NCBI GenBank assembly: GCA_964016885.1
Contig: OZ024740.1
Location: 38,130,001 to 38,194,000 of the forward strand
Reading direction: 5' to 3'
Source of the DNA: Eledone cirrhosa
Lineage: Eukaryota
Length of the DNA stretch: 64,000 nt
Positions within the stretch are counted from its first letter, which is position 1, and every line of letters starts with the position of its first letter. Positions 44,491 to 55,294 of this stretch are shown here, piece after piece. Under the pieces are notes generated by a model. That model was given only the letters and a program-made list of their open reading frames with translations, was not told the DNA's origin and searched no databases. The position numbers and the translations under genes are program-made.

Positions 44491-44904
44491 GCAGCATCTA
44501 TTAGCATCATCGATCATCATCGTTGATTAACATCTATCTTCCACACTAGCATGGGTTAGACAGGTTTGTACCAATTAGAGGTAAGTTGGATTGGGTGACC
44601 ATGTCTCGCTCATATAGGAGAGTTTTTGGCTTGTTTTCTACGGCTGGATGCCCTTCCTAATGCCAACCACATTGACAGTGTGTGCTGGGTGCGTTTTACC
44701 GTGTCTTTTACATGTCCACTTTACAGTGCGGGCTGGGTGTTTTGGGACTGGTTTTCTATGGCTAGATGCTCTTTCTAACGCCAACCACATTTACAGTGTG
44801 TGCTGGGTGCTTTTTGTCATGACACCTACACGATGTGAATAATAATTGAAAGAAAATAAAATAAAAGCTAAAATGATAGACAAATCAGTTTTATATATAC
44901 GTAC

Positions 44905-45037
44905 CTTTCCAGAAGACTTAATTCCTTTGAAGACACATAAAAAGACAATTACCCAGCAAAGAAGGAGACACAATGCCAGCTGCCAGCGTATGGTACCAAG
45001 CTGGCCGATACTTTTACTAGTATTTAAAACCCATATA
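44905..45037 (-). CDS. SLC6 transporter exon, TM4 (IWVLNTSKSIGQLGTIRWQLALCLLLCWVIVFLCVFKGIKSSGK)
   Basis: cag/gtacgt borders, 133 bp; canonical KG.KSSGK. Confidence 0.97.
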
Positions 45038-45239
45038 CTGGAATTACAAATATTTTAGAAGAGAAAATTCAATGTAATATACAAAACAGCAAATAGAATT
45101 TTTTGTGAAGTTAAAGTATCCTGAGTAAAATCAAAAATAAAGTTTCATGTAACTCTGTATTTGTTTTGTTTGTTGTTACAGCTCACACCTATGTAGGTTT
45201 AGCTGGCCTCCTCCAAGATTGGAGGTGCCTTGGGTGATT

Positions 45240-45412
45240 TAATTATAGGGACCTCAGTCCTATCATCTCATTTCTACAGCTGAGTAAACTGGAACAACGT
45301 GAAATAAAGTGTCTTGCTCAAGGAAACAACACATTACCCGGTCCAAGAATTGAACTCACAACCTTTCGATTGCAAGCCCAATGCTCTAACAACTAAGCCA
45401 TGTGCCTTCACA
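45240..45412 (-). mobile_element. tRNA-headed CORE-like SINE (also 32140-32263)
   Basis: A-box TGGCTTAGTTG and B-box GAGTTCAATTC followed by CCTTGAGCAAGACACTTTAT. Confidence 0.75.
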
Positions 45413-45566
45413 TGTAACTCTAATTAGTATTTGCACCATTATTATTACTTTCATAGACTTCATAAAAATAACAAGCAATTTTCTGTTTGTATTTTAAATG
45501 ATTTGTTTAAAAATATATATTTATATTACAAATAAAAACTTCCCCCTAAAATTGTTCTTTGCACCT

Positions 45567-46290
45567 CATCATCATCATCATCATCGTTTAACGTCCATCT
45601 TCCACGCTAGCATGAGTTAGACAGGAGTTGTCCCACTTGAGGTAAGGTTGGTTGGGTGACCGTGTCTCGCTCATATAGGACTATCTGGCAGGTTTTCTAC
45701 AGCTGGATGCCCTTCCTAACACCAACCACATTTACAGTGTGGACTGGGAACTTTTTACCATGTTACCTATATGGCCACATTACAGCGTGGACTGCGTGTT
45801 TTTTTATTGTGACACCTACATGATCTCGATCTCATTATCTCATTTATTTGGACTGGATGTTGTAGTACCAACTTTACAGAGAGAGGGTGGTGTTGGTGGG
45901 AGTGGGAGGATAGGGTAGGGGTAGTGGGTTGGGGTGTATATTTGGTTAAGAGGTGCCTACTGACTGTAGGTTTTGCTTTGTCAAGGCGGGTCTTCTGTAT
46001 TACTGTGTAGCGCCAAAGATCTCGGTCCAGTGACTTTGTCTTAGAGAGGTGCAAGTGTGTAAGGTCGGAATTTATCAGATCGTCCCAGGTTTTTCTGGGT
46101 CTACCTACTCCATAACTACCATCAATTCTGATCGCCCTGCACTTTTTTTATATAGCTGTCGTCTTTCATGCGCATCACGTGGTCATACCAACGTAGTCTT
46201 CTCTCGAGTAAACAGCATCTGATCCCTCTTATTCCTAATTTCTCACTTAGTTCATTTATGCTTTGCTGTTCACGTATATTACTATTACAC
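45567..46290 (-). mobile_element. RTE family 2, 3' fragment
   Basis: Reverse-complement match to ~36070-36756. Confidence 0.88.
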
Positions 46291-46775
46291 ATATGTATGT
46301 ATATTTATATTAGAATGAAATGTGATAGAGTGAGAGAAATATAAGTGAAAGATGGATATATAGACAATGAAATACAATGATATCTAACCCTTTACCATTT
46401 ACTCTATATATATTTTTGTATTTTTGTGGTAAAGGCTTTATCTTACATACTAATATCTCATAATATTGGATCTATGAGATGTTGATATTATTTATTTTGA
46501 GAACAATAACTTAACATCAGTATGAGTAGCCAGTTATGGCCGGTTTGTACAGAGAGAGGTGTGATAGAATTCTGGCCGGATACGGCTGGTTTAAATGCTA
46601 AAATGTTAATAGTATGATAATATGTAACAGTCACTTTGTGATAGCGAAGGAAGTAGTAATGTGATCATATATTTCAGTATGGAGGAATCTATGAAAATAA
46701 ACATAGTACCACTGTAATTTTCTAATTTGGTTCAATTATCAATAATATATGATGGGCAATAAAGCTCTAACTTAC

Positions 46776-46977
46776 TAAAAGTACTCCTCACTAGGAGTTT
46801 TGAAAGTTACATTGGCTTCTAAACTTCCTGAAGAGCTACTCTCAGCAAACAATGAGAAAGATGCATTCCACATACAATTAGTTGATACAGAAATACTTGT
46901 CAAGTTCAAATCCTGTTCTTTTGTGCTGTTCATGATGTCGGAACAATTTGGCAAGTGATATTTTTCAGTTTTACAAT
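46776..46977 (-). CDS. SLC6 transporter exon, large extracellular loop EL2 (YCKTEK...KTPSEEYF)
   Basis: tag/gtaag borders, 202 bp, phase 1 to 2; P.EEYF motif and five N-glycosylation sequons. Confidence 0.93.
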
Positions 46978-48279
46978 CTAAAATATAATAAAAACAGACT
47001 GAATCATTTTGAATATAAACCACATTAGTTTTACAAGCAGAAAGATCATTGTTTAGGCACAATTCTTTTTTTCGGTGGGGGTGGGAAAGAGAAAAGTCGA
47101 TTAAATCAACCCCAGTATGTTACTGGTACTTTGTTATATCAATCTCATAAGGATGAAAAGCAAAGCTAACATTGGTGGAATTTGAACTCAGAACATAAAG
47201 GGCCATAACTAAATGCTCCAAAGTATTTTGTCCAGCGCTCTACCAATTCTGCCAATCTGCTGCCCAGAAATATTATAAAAACAGACTGAATCATTGTGAA
47301 TATAAACTATATAAGGTCATAGAAATAATTAATAATAATATTGTATGTAAAGTTTGAACTTTTGAAGCACTTTTGAAGCACTGAAAAATATGGAGTTTGA
47401 TTCTTCATAGTGACCACCTCCCATTGTTGTTTACATTTCAAAGCTATTTGATTTATGTTTATGAATTTGTTTTGAAAGTTTTTTATCTGAAGACTTGTGT
47501 TGAAACAGATATTGTTATATTTGGGGATTGTTTTGTTGCCAATTTGGCCAATAAAAATACATTGGCAGTATCGGTAGAGGGTCGGACGCTATGCTTTGAC
47601 GTATAGAGTTACGGCCCTTGCCATTCTGAGTTCAAATCTCGCCGAGGTTAACTTTGCCTTTCATCCTTACTGAGTCGATAAAATAAAGTACCAGTAATGC
47701 TCTGGGTAATTGCTGGCCTTGTGCCAAACGTAGAAACAATTATTTTATTTAGCTTTTAATTTAGATGGTGATTGTTGTCAGGGGTCGTTTAACTGAACAG
47801 TCAGAGCAATGAGCCAGTATCTGATATATATGCAGTTCAATTCTTCATAATTGATAATAGTTTCTAATTTAGACACAAAGTCAGTAATTATGAGAGAAAG
47901 GAAAAGTTGATTTAATTGATCCCAGTTCTTGATTGCTACTTTATTTTATTGACCCCAGAAAGATTAAAGGCAACATTGACTTAGGAGGGATTTGAACTCA
48001 GAATGTAGAGGGCTGTAACTAAATACTGCAAATAATTTTTTCTGATGCTCTACAGCTTCTACCAACACACTGTCCTTAAAATAAATAAACAACAATTATA
48101 ATAGTCTCTAATTTAGGCAAATTGGGAGGAAGAGGAGGAGAAAAACAGTTAAATTGACCCATCCCTAATAAATACTGCAAAGCATTTTGTTCAACACTCT
48201 AACAACAGCAGTAGCAACAACAACAACAATAACAATCTTTTGTGTTAATGTAAAGAAGAATATGTTGAAGAATTCTTAC

Positions 48280-48423
48280 ATTTTGTATTCCAAGTGTTGG
48301 AACAGCTCCTCCATGGCAGTATTGTTGTCATTGAAGAGAAGAGAAAATGGAAAGCCCAGGCAGTTACCATTGTGTAATAGATAGCTATCATTGCAGAGAC
48401 CAACACCATTCCATAACCAATAC
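48280..48423 (-). CDS. SLC6 transporter exon, TM3 (GIGYGMVLVSAMIAIYYTMVTAW...LPWRSCSNTWNTK)
   Basis: cag/gtaag borders, 144 bp, phase 1/1; LPW..C.N.WNT motif. Not in the ORF track; translated by hand. Confidence 0.96.
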
Positions 48424-49429
48424 CTGTAGAAAATATATACCAATACAGTAATAATTATGTTTATATAAAAATAGACATTTATAAAATGGTGGTAGTAAAG
48501 TTAGTTGCCTCTTACATAAGTACATTACCTGTGGTAAATATATATTAATATCTTAAATATTGTTAAAATATTAATATGCTGAAATCATATATGAATGAAG
48601 ATATCTATTTCTCCATTATGAGCCTCCTATTCTCCGCAGTAATCTCAATAATTTGTTGAAACTGCAGGAGGTTGTGATCTAAAGAGCATATTTTAATGTT
48701 TGTGACCAGTTCGCTTTCATCCATTCTATTTCTTCCTTCGAATCAACTCACATTGAGCCGCTGATCTCTGTCCTTTGAGGTAATATTTTACCTAATGTCA
48801 CTTCGACAGTATTTTGCTGTTCTAACAGCTTCCATACGCCGAGTTTTCTCATTTTCCTGAGAATACTAAAATTCTAAAGTTAAATAGTAATATGTTAGAA
48901 TACTAATATGTTAGAATATTTATATGTTAAAATATTAATGTTAAATAGTAATGTAATTTGTTAAAATACAATGTTCATAAAATGTTACATAAAAAAGGAT
49001 ATTTATAATGGTGGTAGCTAAGTGAGGTACAAGTAAATCACATCAATGTCTGAAGAATTCAGTGGAATAATGGTTGTAATTAAGTTAGGCTATCAACCTA
49101 ACTTTCTACCATGTTGTTTAACCAGCATTTACATTACTCTCTACATATTATTATATTTTTGCGGTAAAGGCTTTATCCTACATAATTATCTCACATAATA
49201 TCGGATCTGTGAGATTCTGATATTATTTATTTTGAGAACAGTACCTTAATATCATTATGAGCAGCCGGTTACAGTCAGTTTGAACAGAAAGAGGAGAGAG
49301 AATTCTGGCCGGCTACGTCCGGTTTAAATGCTAAAGGGTTAATGCCATGCAGGACAGATTTGAGTTTGGAAAATTTACTACTGTGCTGAAAAAAAAAAAA
49401 ACCTTCCTAGGTTACTGAATATTTTATTT

Positions 49430-50915
49430 TATGAGAAGTCCTTTATGTTGATAAGTCTGTGGAAGATTTAGAGAAGAAATTCTTAACATGGAAACAAAAC
49501 ACAGAATTGAAAGGGCTCAGAGTAAACTTAGTAAAAACTAAAGTCTTAGTAAATTGAAAAAACGATGGGATCTTGCTGCCTTCAAGGATATAGCTTAGTA
49601 AAAACTAGTCTTAGTTCTTAGTAAAAAAAACAGGATTTTAGTAAAAAAAACAGGATTTTGCTGCCTTCAGGGAAATGACCATGTTCTATATAGTGAAAAA
49701 AAGTTGGATAGAACTGCACAGAGTGTGTGCATTGTAAACTATGGGTGCACAAGAAATGTGGGATGAGGGGCAAGCTAACAGAGGAAAGAGAATTTGTGTG
49801 CAGCTGATGCACAGGGATAGTTAGCAGTAAGATCACCAGTAAAATAACATCTTGCCAATCCAAGGAATGCTTCATAGAAGTAGTTGATAACTTAGGTTAT
49901 CTAGGTGACCTTGTTTGCAACAGAGGAGACTACTTTGAAAGCATAGTAGCTACAATCAGAACAGTGTAGACACATTTTAAGGAGCTACTACCTCTGTTGA
50001 CAATGAAGGGATTCTCGCTCTGAGAGAAGGGTAGATTGTATGTTGCATTATAGTAGCAAGGCATGAGAACTGAATGCATAGGATGTGTGAAGAATAAAAA
50101 TAAATGAAATGAGCATGTTCTATTGGCTATGTAAAGTTAGTGTGCATGAATAACAGGACATAAATGAGGTGAGAGAAAAACTGTGTATAAAAGGAATCAA
50201 ATGTGATGTGCAAGAGAGAAGATTGAATAGAGATGGATAATGATTGTTGAGTAAAGAAGTTCCAGGAAGATGTGGTAGAAGTAGGATAAGAAAAGTTTAA
50301 GTAAAAATAGTAAAAGTGGATTCCTGGATGTTGATCCTCGTAAAGGAGATGGTAAAGGTATGAAACAAGTAGAGGGACACTGTGCTGGAGAGGACCTACA
50401 TACATGGAGAAACAGATGTTAAAATGATGATTTTGATGATGAAGAGGTTATATGATGCCTGTGTGAGGAGCGCGATGCTGCATGGTAGTGAGACATGGGC
50501 AGCAACTGCAGAGGATATGCGATGGCTGGAGAGAAATGAGGCAAGCATGCTCCGTTGGATGTGCAATGTCAATGTGCGTGAACGACCGAGCATGGATGTG
50601 TTGAGAGAGAAACTGTATTTAAGAGGGATAAATTGTAGTGTGCGGGAGAGAAGACTGAGATGGTATGGACATGTGTTCGCATGGAGGATGACCGCTGGGT
50701 AAAGAAGTGCCAGGAAATGCCATTTGAAGGAAGACGTGGTAGAGGTAGACCACGGAAAACATGAGTGGAGGTGGTGTGAGCAGACCTCAGATCGCTGAAG
50801 CTCACGGTGGAGATGACGAAGGACCGTGGCAAGTGGAGAGGTGCTGTGCTGAATAGGACCCGTCCCACCCTTGCAAGCAGGGAAAAGGGATGTAAAATGA
50901 TGATGATGATGATGA
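49430..50915 (+). mobile_element. Old degenerate RTE fragment (49430-50420) followed by a family 1 3' fragment (50441-50915)
   Basis: LYDACVRSAMLHGSETW..RLRWYGH; (GAT)n tails. Confidence 0.82.
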
Positions 50916-51197
50916 GGAGGAGGAGGGAGAGAAGGATGATAATGATGAGGAGGAGGGTGAAGGTGATGATGATTTTGATGATGATGATCTGTTTTGAAGC
51001 TTTTGATTTCAATCTAATGTCAAACAAAATTTACTGTCCAAGAAAAGTGAAGACAGCTTCCAATATGGTAACTTTGCTAAACTGAAATGGAATTTATTTA
51101 AAAAGATTATTATTTTGATAAAAATGATTGCAAAATTATACATTAATATTGAGTTGATTACATTAAAAGTGAGTGAAAGATATGACTGATATCTAAT

Positions 51198-51715
51198 TTC
51201 TTCTTCTTCTTCACCCACTTAATCCTGGAAGTGTCATGGGGACAGATTCCTCAAGTCAGTCTTCTAGCAGGTCCTGTTGGAAGCAACCATCTCCAACTGA
51301 TCCGGCTGGATTCCGATCAAAACCAACCAAATTCATGGATGCTTTCCAACTATCTTACTCAGGGTCTACCCCTGAATCTCCTGCTGGCTAGTTTTGCACG
51401 TAAAATCTGTCCAACACTTCTTTCTTTAGACATTCTAAATGTCTGTAATATCAGAGCTGTGATCTCTCAATTGGGAAAAGTACTGACTCTACCTGGAGTG
51501 ATTCTCTGATCTCCGAGCTACGCACTCTATCAAGTAACATTACTCCAAAGACCCTTCAGATGAACCCCATTTCAGCCACATGTATTTGCAATCGTATTCT
51601 TTCAGACATTACCTAAGGCTCATAACCATGGGTAAGGTTTGGTACAAATACCAAATTGAAGATAGCAAGTTTGCCTTTTACACCTACCTCCCTTCTTCTG
51701 ATGACCAACTGCTGA
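51198..51715 (-). mobile_element. Degenerate RTE-like LINE 3' fragment (third family, (GAA)n tail)
   Basis: Minus-strand remnants LTHGYE, AEMGF and RGRP; (CTT)n at 51198. Confidence 0.5.
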
Positions 51716-51754
51716 AACTGATATCTAATTTAACTTTATTAAATATATACAAAC

Positions 51755-51886
51755 CTTTAAACAATGGCACTGCTTTCCAAACTGTTATTGGACCAAGACT
51801 TCCATACTGACCATAAGCAAGTTCCATGTAGGCCAATGGGATTCCACAAAATATAAGCATGATGACATATGGGATGAAAAATGCCC
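51755..51886 (-). CDS. SLC6 transporter exon, TM2 ([45 protein letters not shown]); first exon visible in the window
   Basis: cag/gtttgt borders, 132 bp, phase 1/1; canonical GAF.IPY..GIP...E...GQ motif. Translated by hand. Confidence 0.97.
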
Positions 51887-52077
51887 CTGAATAAAGAGAA
51901 CACGTTTGTTAAAGGCACATATAAAGACTAAAAAACTAAATTTTGGGGTAGATTGAATTATCATAGAAGAAAATCAAATATAACAAAGTCATTATCAAGT
52001 TATATCTATTCTATGATTTATTTTCTTCTCACAAATAATGTATATAATACTTAATCACATAAATATTTCATATAAAA

Positions 52078-53040
52078 ATCATCATCATCATCATCGTTTA
52101 ACGTTCATCTTCCACGCCACATGGGTTAGACAGGAGTTGTCCCACTTGAGGCAAGGTTGGTCGGGTGACTGTGTCTCGCTCGTATAGGACTATCTGGTAG
52201 GTTTTCTATGGATGGATGCCCTTCCTAACACCAACCACATTTACAGTGTGGACTGGGAACTTTTTACCGTGTTACTTACACAACAACATTACAGCGTGGA
52301 CTGTGTGTTTTTTTGTTTTGACAGCTACATGACCTCATTAGTTTGGACTGGATGTTGTGGTACCAACATAACTTTATAGAGAAAGGGTGGTGTTGGTGGG
52401 AATGGAAGGATGGAGTAGGGGTAGTGGGCTGGGGTGTATGTTTGGATTGGAGGGGCCTACTGACTGTAGGTTAACTTTGCATGTAGGGAAGGCAGGTCTT
52501 CTGTAATACTGCGTGGTGCCAAAGATCTCAATCCAGTGACATTGTGTTAGGGAGGTGCAAGTGTGCAAGGTCAGACTTTATCATGTCGTCCCAGGTTTTT
52601 CTGGGTCTACCTACTCCGTAACTTCCATCAATTTTGATCACCGTGTACTTTTTTATACAGCTGTCGTCTTTCATGCGCATCGCGTGACCATACCAATGTA
52701 GTCTTCTCTCGAGTAAACAGCATCTGATCCCTCTTATTCCTAATTTCTCACTTAGTTCATTTATGTTTTGCCATTCATGTATTACTATTACACATCCAAC
52801 AGAGCATGCATGCTTCGTTCCTTTCCAGTCTGCGCAGATCCTCTGCACACAATACCCATGTCTCACTGCCATGTAACATTGCTGTTCGTATACAATCATC
52901 ATACAATTTACCTTTCAACAATGGTATAAGCTCTCTGAACTTTTTCCATCCCGTTCTAACTCTGGCTACTGTACTTTCAGATCACCCACCACCACTATTG
53001 ATTTTGTCACCCAGGTAACAGAAAGTGTCCACTATTTCTA
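52078..53040 (-). mobile_element. RTE family 2, 3' fragment
   Basis: ORF 52528-52902 matches the C-terminus of ORF 35459-36394; (CAT)n end. Confidence 0.88.
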
Positions 53041-53144
53041 TGAATAAAATATTAATTCAACACTAAGTAATGTGTGTCAATTGTTCATACACAACTAAGG
53101 GCACTGGAACCTCTCTAATATTGTTTTAGGCAAGCTAACACATA

Positions 53145-55095
53145 GTAAAGCTAAACAACCAAGCACCCTCACCAGGAACATCACCTGACAACTCAGTAAG
53201 GGGAGGTGATAATGAGGCTAAGACACTCGAACAACCAGCAACCAAGCACCCTCATCAAGAGCATCACCGGATATCATGGTAAGGTGAGATGATGGCAAGG
53301 CTAAGACACAGGAACAACCAAGCATCCTCACTAAGAGCATTACCGGATATCATGGTAAGGTGAGGTGATAGCAAGGCTAAGACACAGGAGCAACCAAGCA
53401 CCCTCACAAGGAGCATCACCAGATATCATGGTAAGGTGAGGTGATAGCAAGGCTAAGACACAGGAGCAACCAAGCACCCTGATCAAGAGCATCACCGGAT
53501 ATCATGGTAAGGTGAGATGATGGCAAGGCTAAGACACAGGAACAACCAAGCACCCTCACTAGGAGCATCACCAGATATCATGGTAAGGTGAGGTGATAGC
53601 AAGGCTAAGACACAGGAACAACCAAGCACCCTCATTAGGAGCATTACCGGATATCATGGTAAGGTGAGGTGATAGCAAGGCTAAGACACAGGAACAACCA
53701 AGCACCCTCACTAGGAGCATCACCAGATATCATGGTAAGGTGAGGTGATAGCAAGGCTAAGACACAGGAGCAACCAAGCACCCTGATCAAGAGCATTACC
53801 AGATATCATGGTAAGGTGAGGTGATAGCAAGGCTAAGACACAGGAGCAACCAAGCACCCTCACTAGGAGCATCACCAGATATCATGGTAAGGTGAGATGA
53901 TGGCAAGGCTAAGACACAGGAACAACCAAGCATCCTCACTAAGAGCATTACCGGATATCATGGTAAGGTGAGGTGATAGCAAGGCTAAGACACAGGAGCA
54001 ACCAAGCACCCTCACAAGGAGCATCACCAGATATCATGGTAAGGTGAGGTGATAGCAAGGCTAAGACACAGGAGCAACCAAGCACCCTGATCAAGAGCAT
54101 CACCGGATATCATGGTAAGGTGAGATGATGGCAAGGCTAAGACACAGGAACAACCAAGCACCCTCACTAGGAGCATCACCAGATATCATGGTAAGGTGAG
54201 GTGATAGCAAGGCTAAGACACAGGAACAACCAAGCACCCTCATTAGGAGCATTACCGGATATCATGGTAAGGTGAGGTGATAGCAAGGCTAAGACACAGG
54301 AACAACCAAGCACCCTCACTAGGAGCATCACCAGATATCATGGTAAGGTGAGGTGATAGCAAGGCTAAGACACAGGAACAACCAAGCACCCTCACTAGGA
54401 GCATCACCAGATATCATGGTAAGGTGAGGTGATAGCAAGGCTAAGACACAGGAGCAACCAAGCACCCTGATCAAGAGCATTACCGGATATCATGGTAAGG
54501 TGAGATGATGGCAAGGCTAAGACACAGGAACAACCAAGCATCCTCACTAAGAGCATTACCGGATATCATGGTAAGGTGAGGTGATAGCAAGGCTAAGACA
54601 CAGGAACAACCAAGCACCCTCACTAGGAGCATTACCGGATATCATGGTATGGTGAGGTGATAGCAAGGCTAAGACACAGGAACAACCAAGCACCCTCACT
54701 AGGAGCATCACCAGATATCATGGTAAGGTGAGGTGATAGCAAGGCTAAGACACAGGAGCAACCAAGCACCCTCACTAGGAGCATCACCAGATATCATGGT
54801 AAGGTGAGGTGATAGCAAGGCTAAGACACAGGAACAACCAAGCACCCTCACTAGGAGCATCACCAGATATCATGGTAAGGTGAGGTGATAGCAAGGCTAA
54901 GACACAGGAGCAACCAAGCACCCTCACTAGGAGCATCACCAGATATCATGGTAAGGTGAGGTGATAGCAAGGCTAAGACACAGGAGCAACCAAGCACCCT
55001 CACTAGGAGCATCACTAGATATCATGGTAAGGTGAGGTGATAGCAAGGCTAAGACACAGGAACAACCAAGCACCCTCACAGGCATTACCAGATAC
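53145..55095. repeat. 76-bp tandem array (~25 units)
   Basis: Unit GCAACCAAGCACCCTCACTAGGAGCATCACCAGATATCATGGTAAGGTGAGGTGATAGCAAGGCTAAGACACAGGA. Confidence 0.96.
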
Positions 55096-55294
55096 CTCAG
55101 ATGCCAAAACAATGACAAGAACCCCATTGCCAATGCCCTAAACAAATCAAATGCCACAGGTTGGAAAAAATAGTTTGCCAATAATTCCTGGTATTTTAGA
55201 ATTTTATTCTATCTTTTAATTTAATCTTTATATTTCAGGAAAAATACAAAGATTTAAAAATATTATAAGTTTTTATATTTTCCTCCTGGTTCCA

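Noticed and set aside
44017-44520. Cys/His-rich metallothionein-like ORFs
   Set aside because: Derived from a 48-bp SINE-tail tandem repeat.
45330-45412. tRNA gene
   Set aside because: A and B boxes belong to a SINE head that continues into a CORE-like body; no convincing cloverleaf.
54936-55290. Missing SLC6 TM1 exon
   Set aside because: No GLGN.WRFP-like motif found here; the exon is presumably beyond the window.
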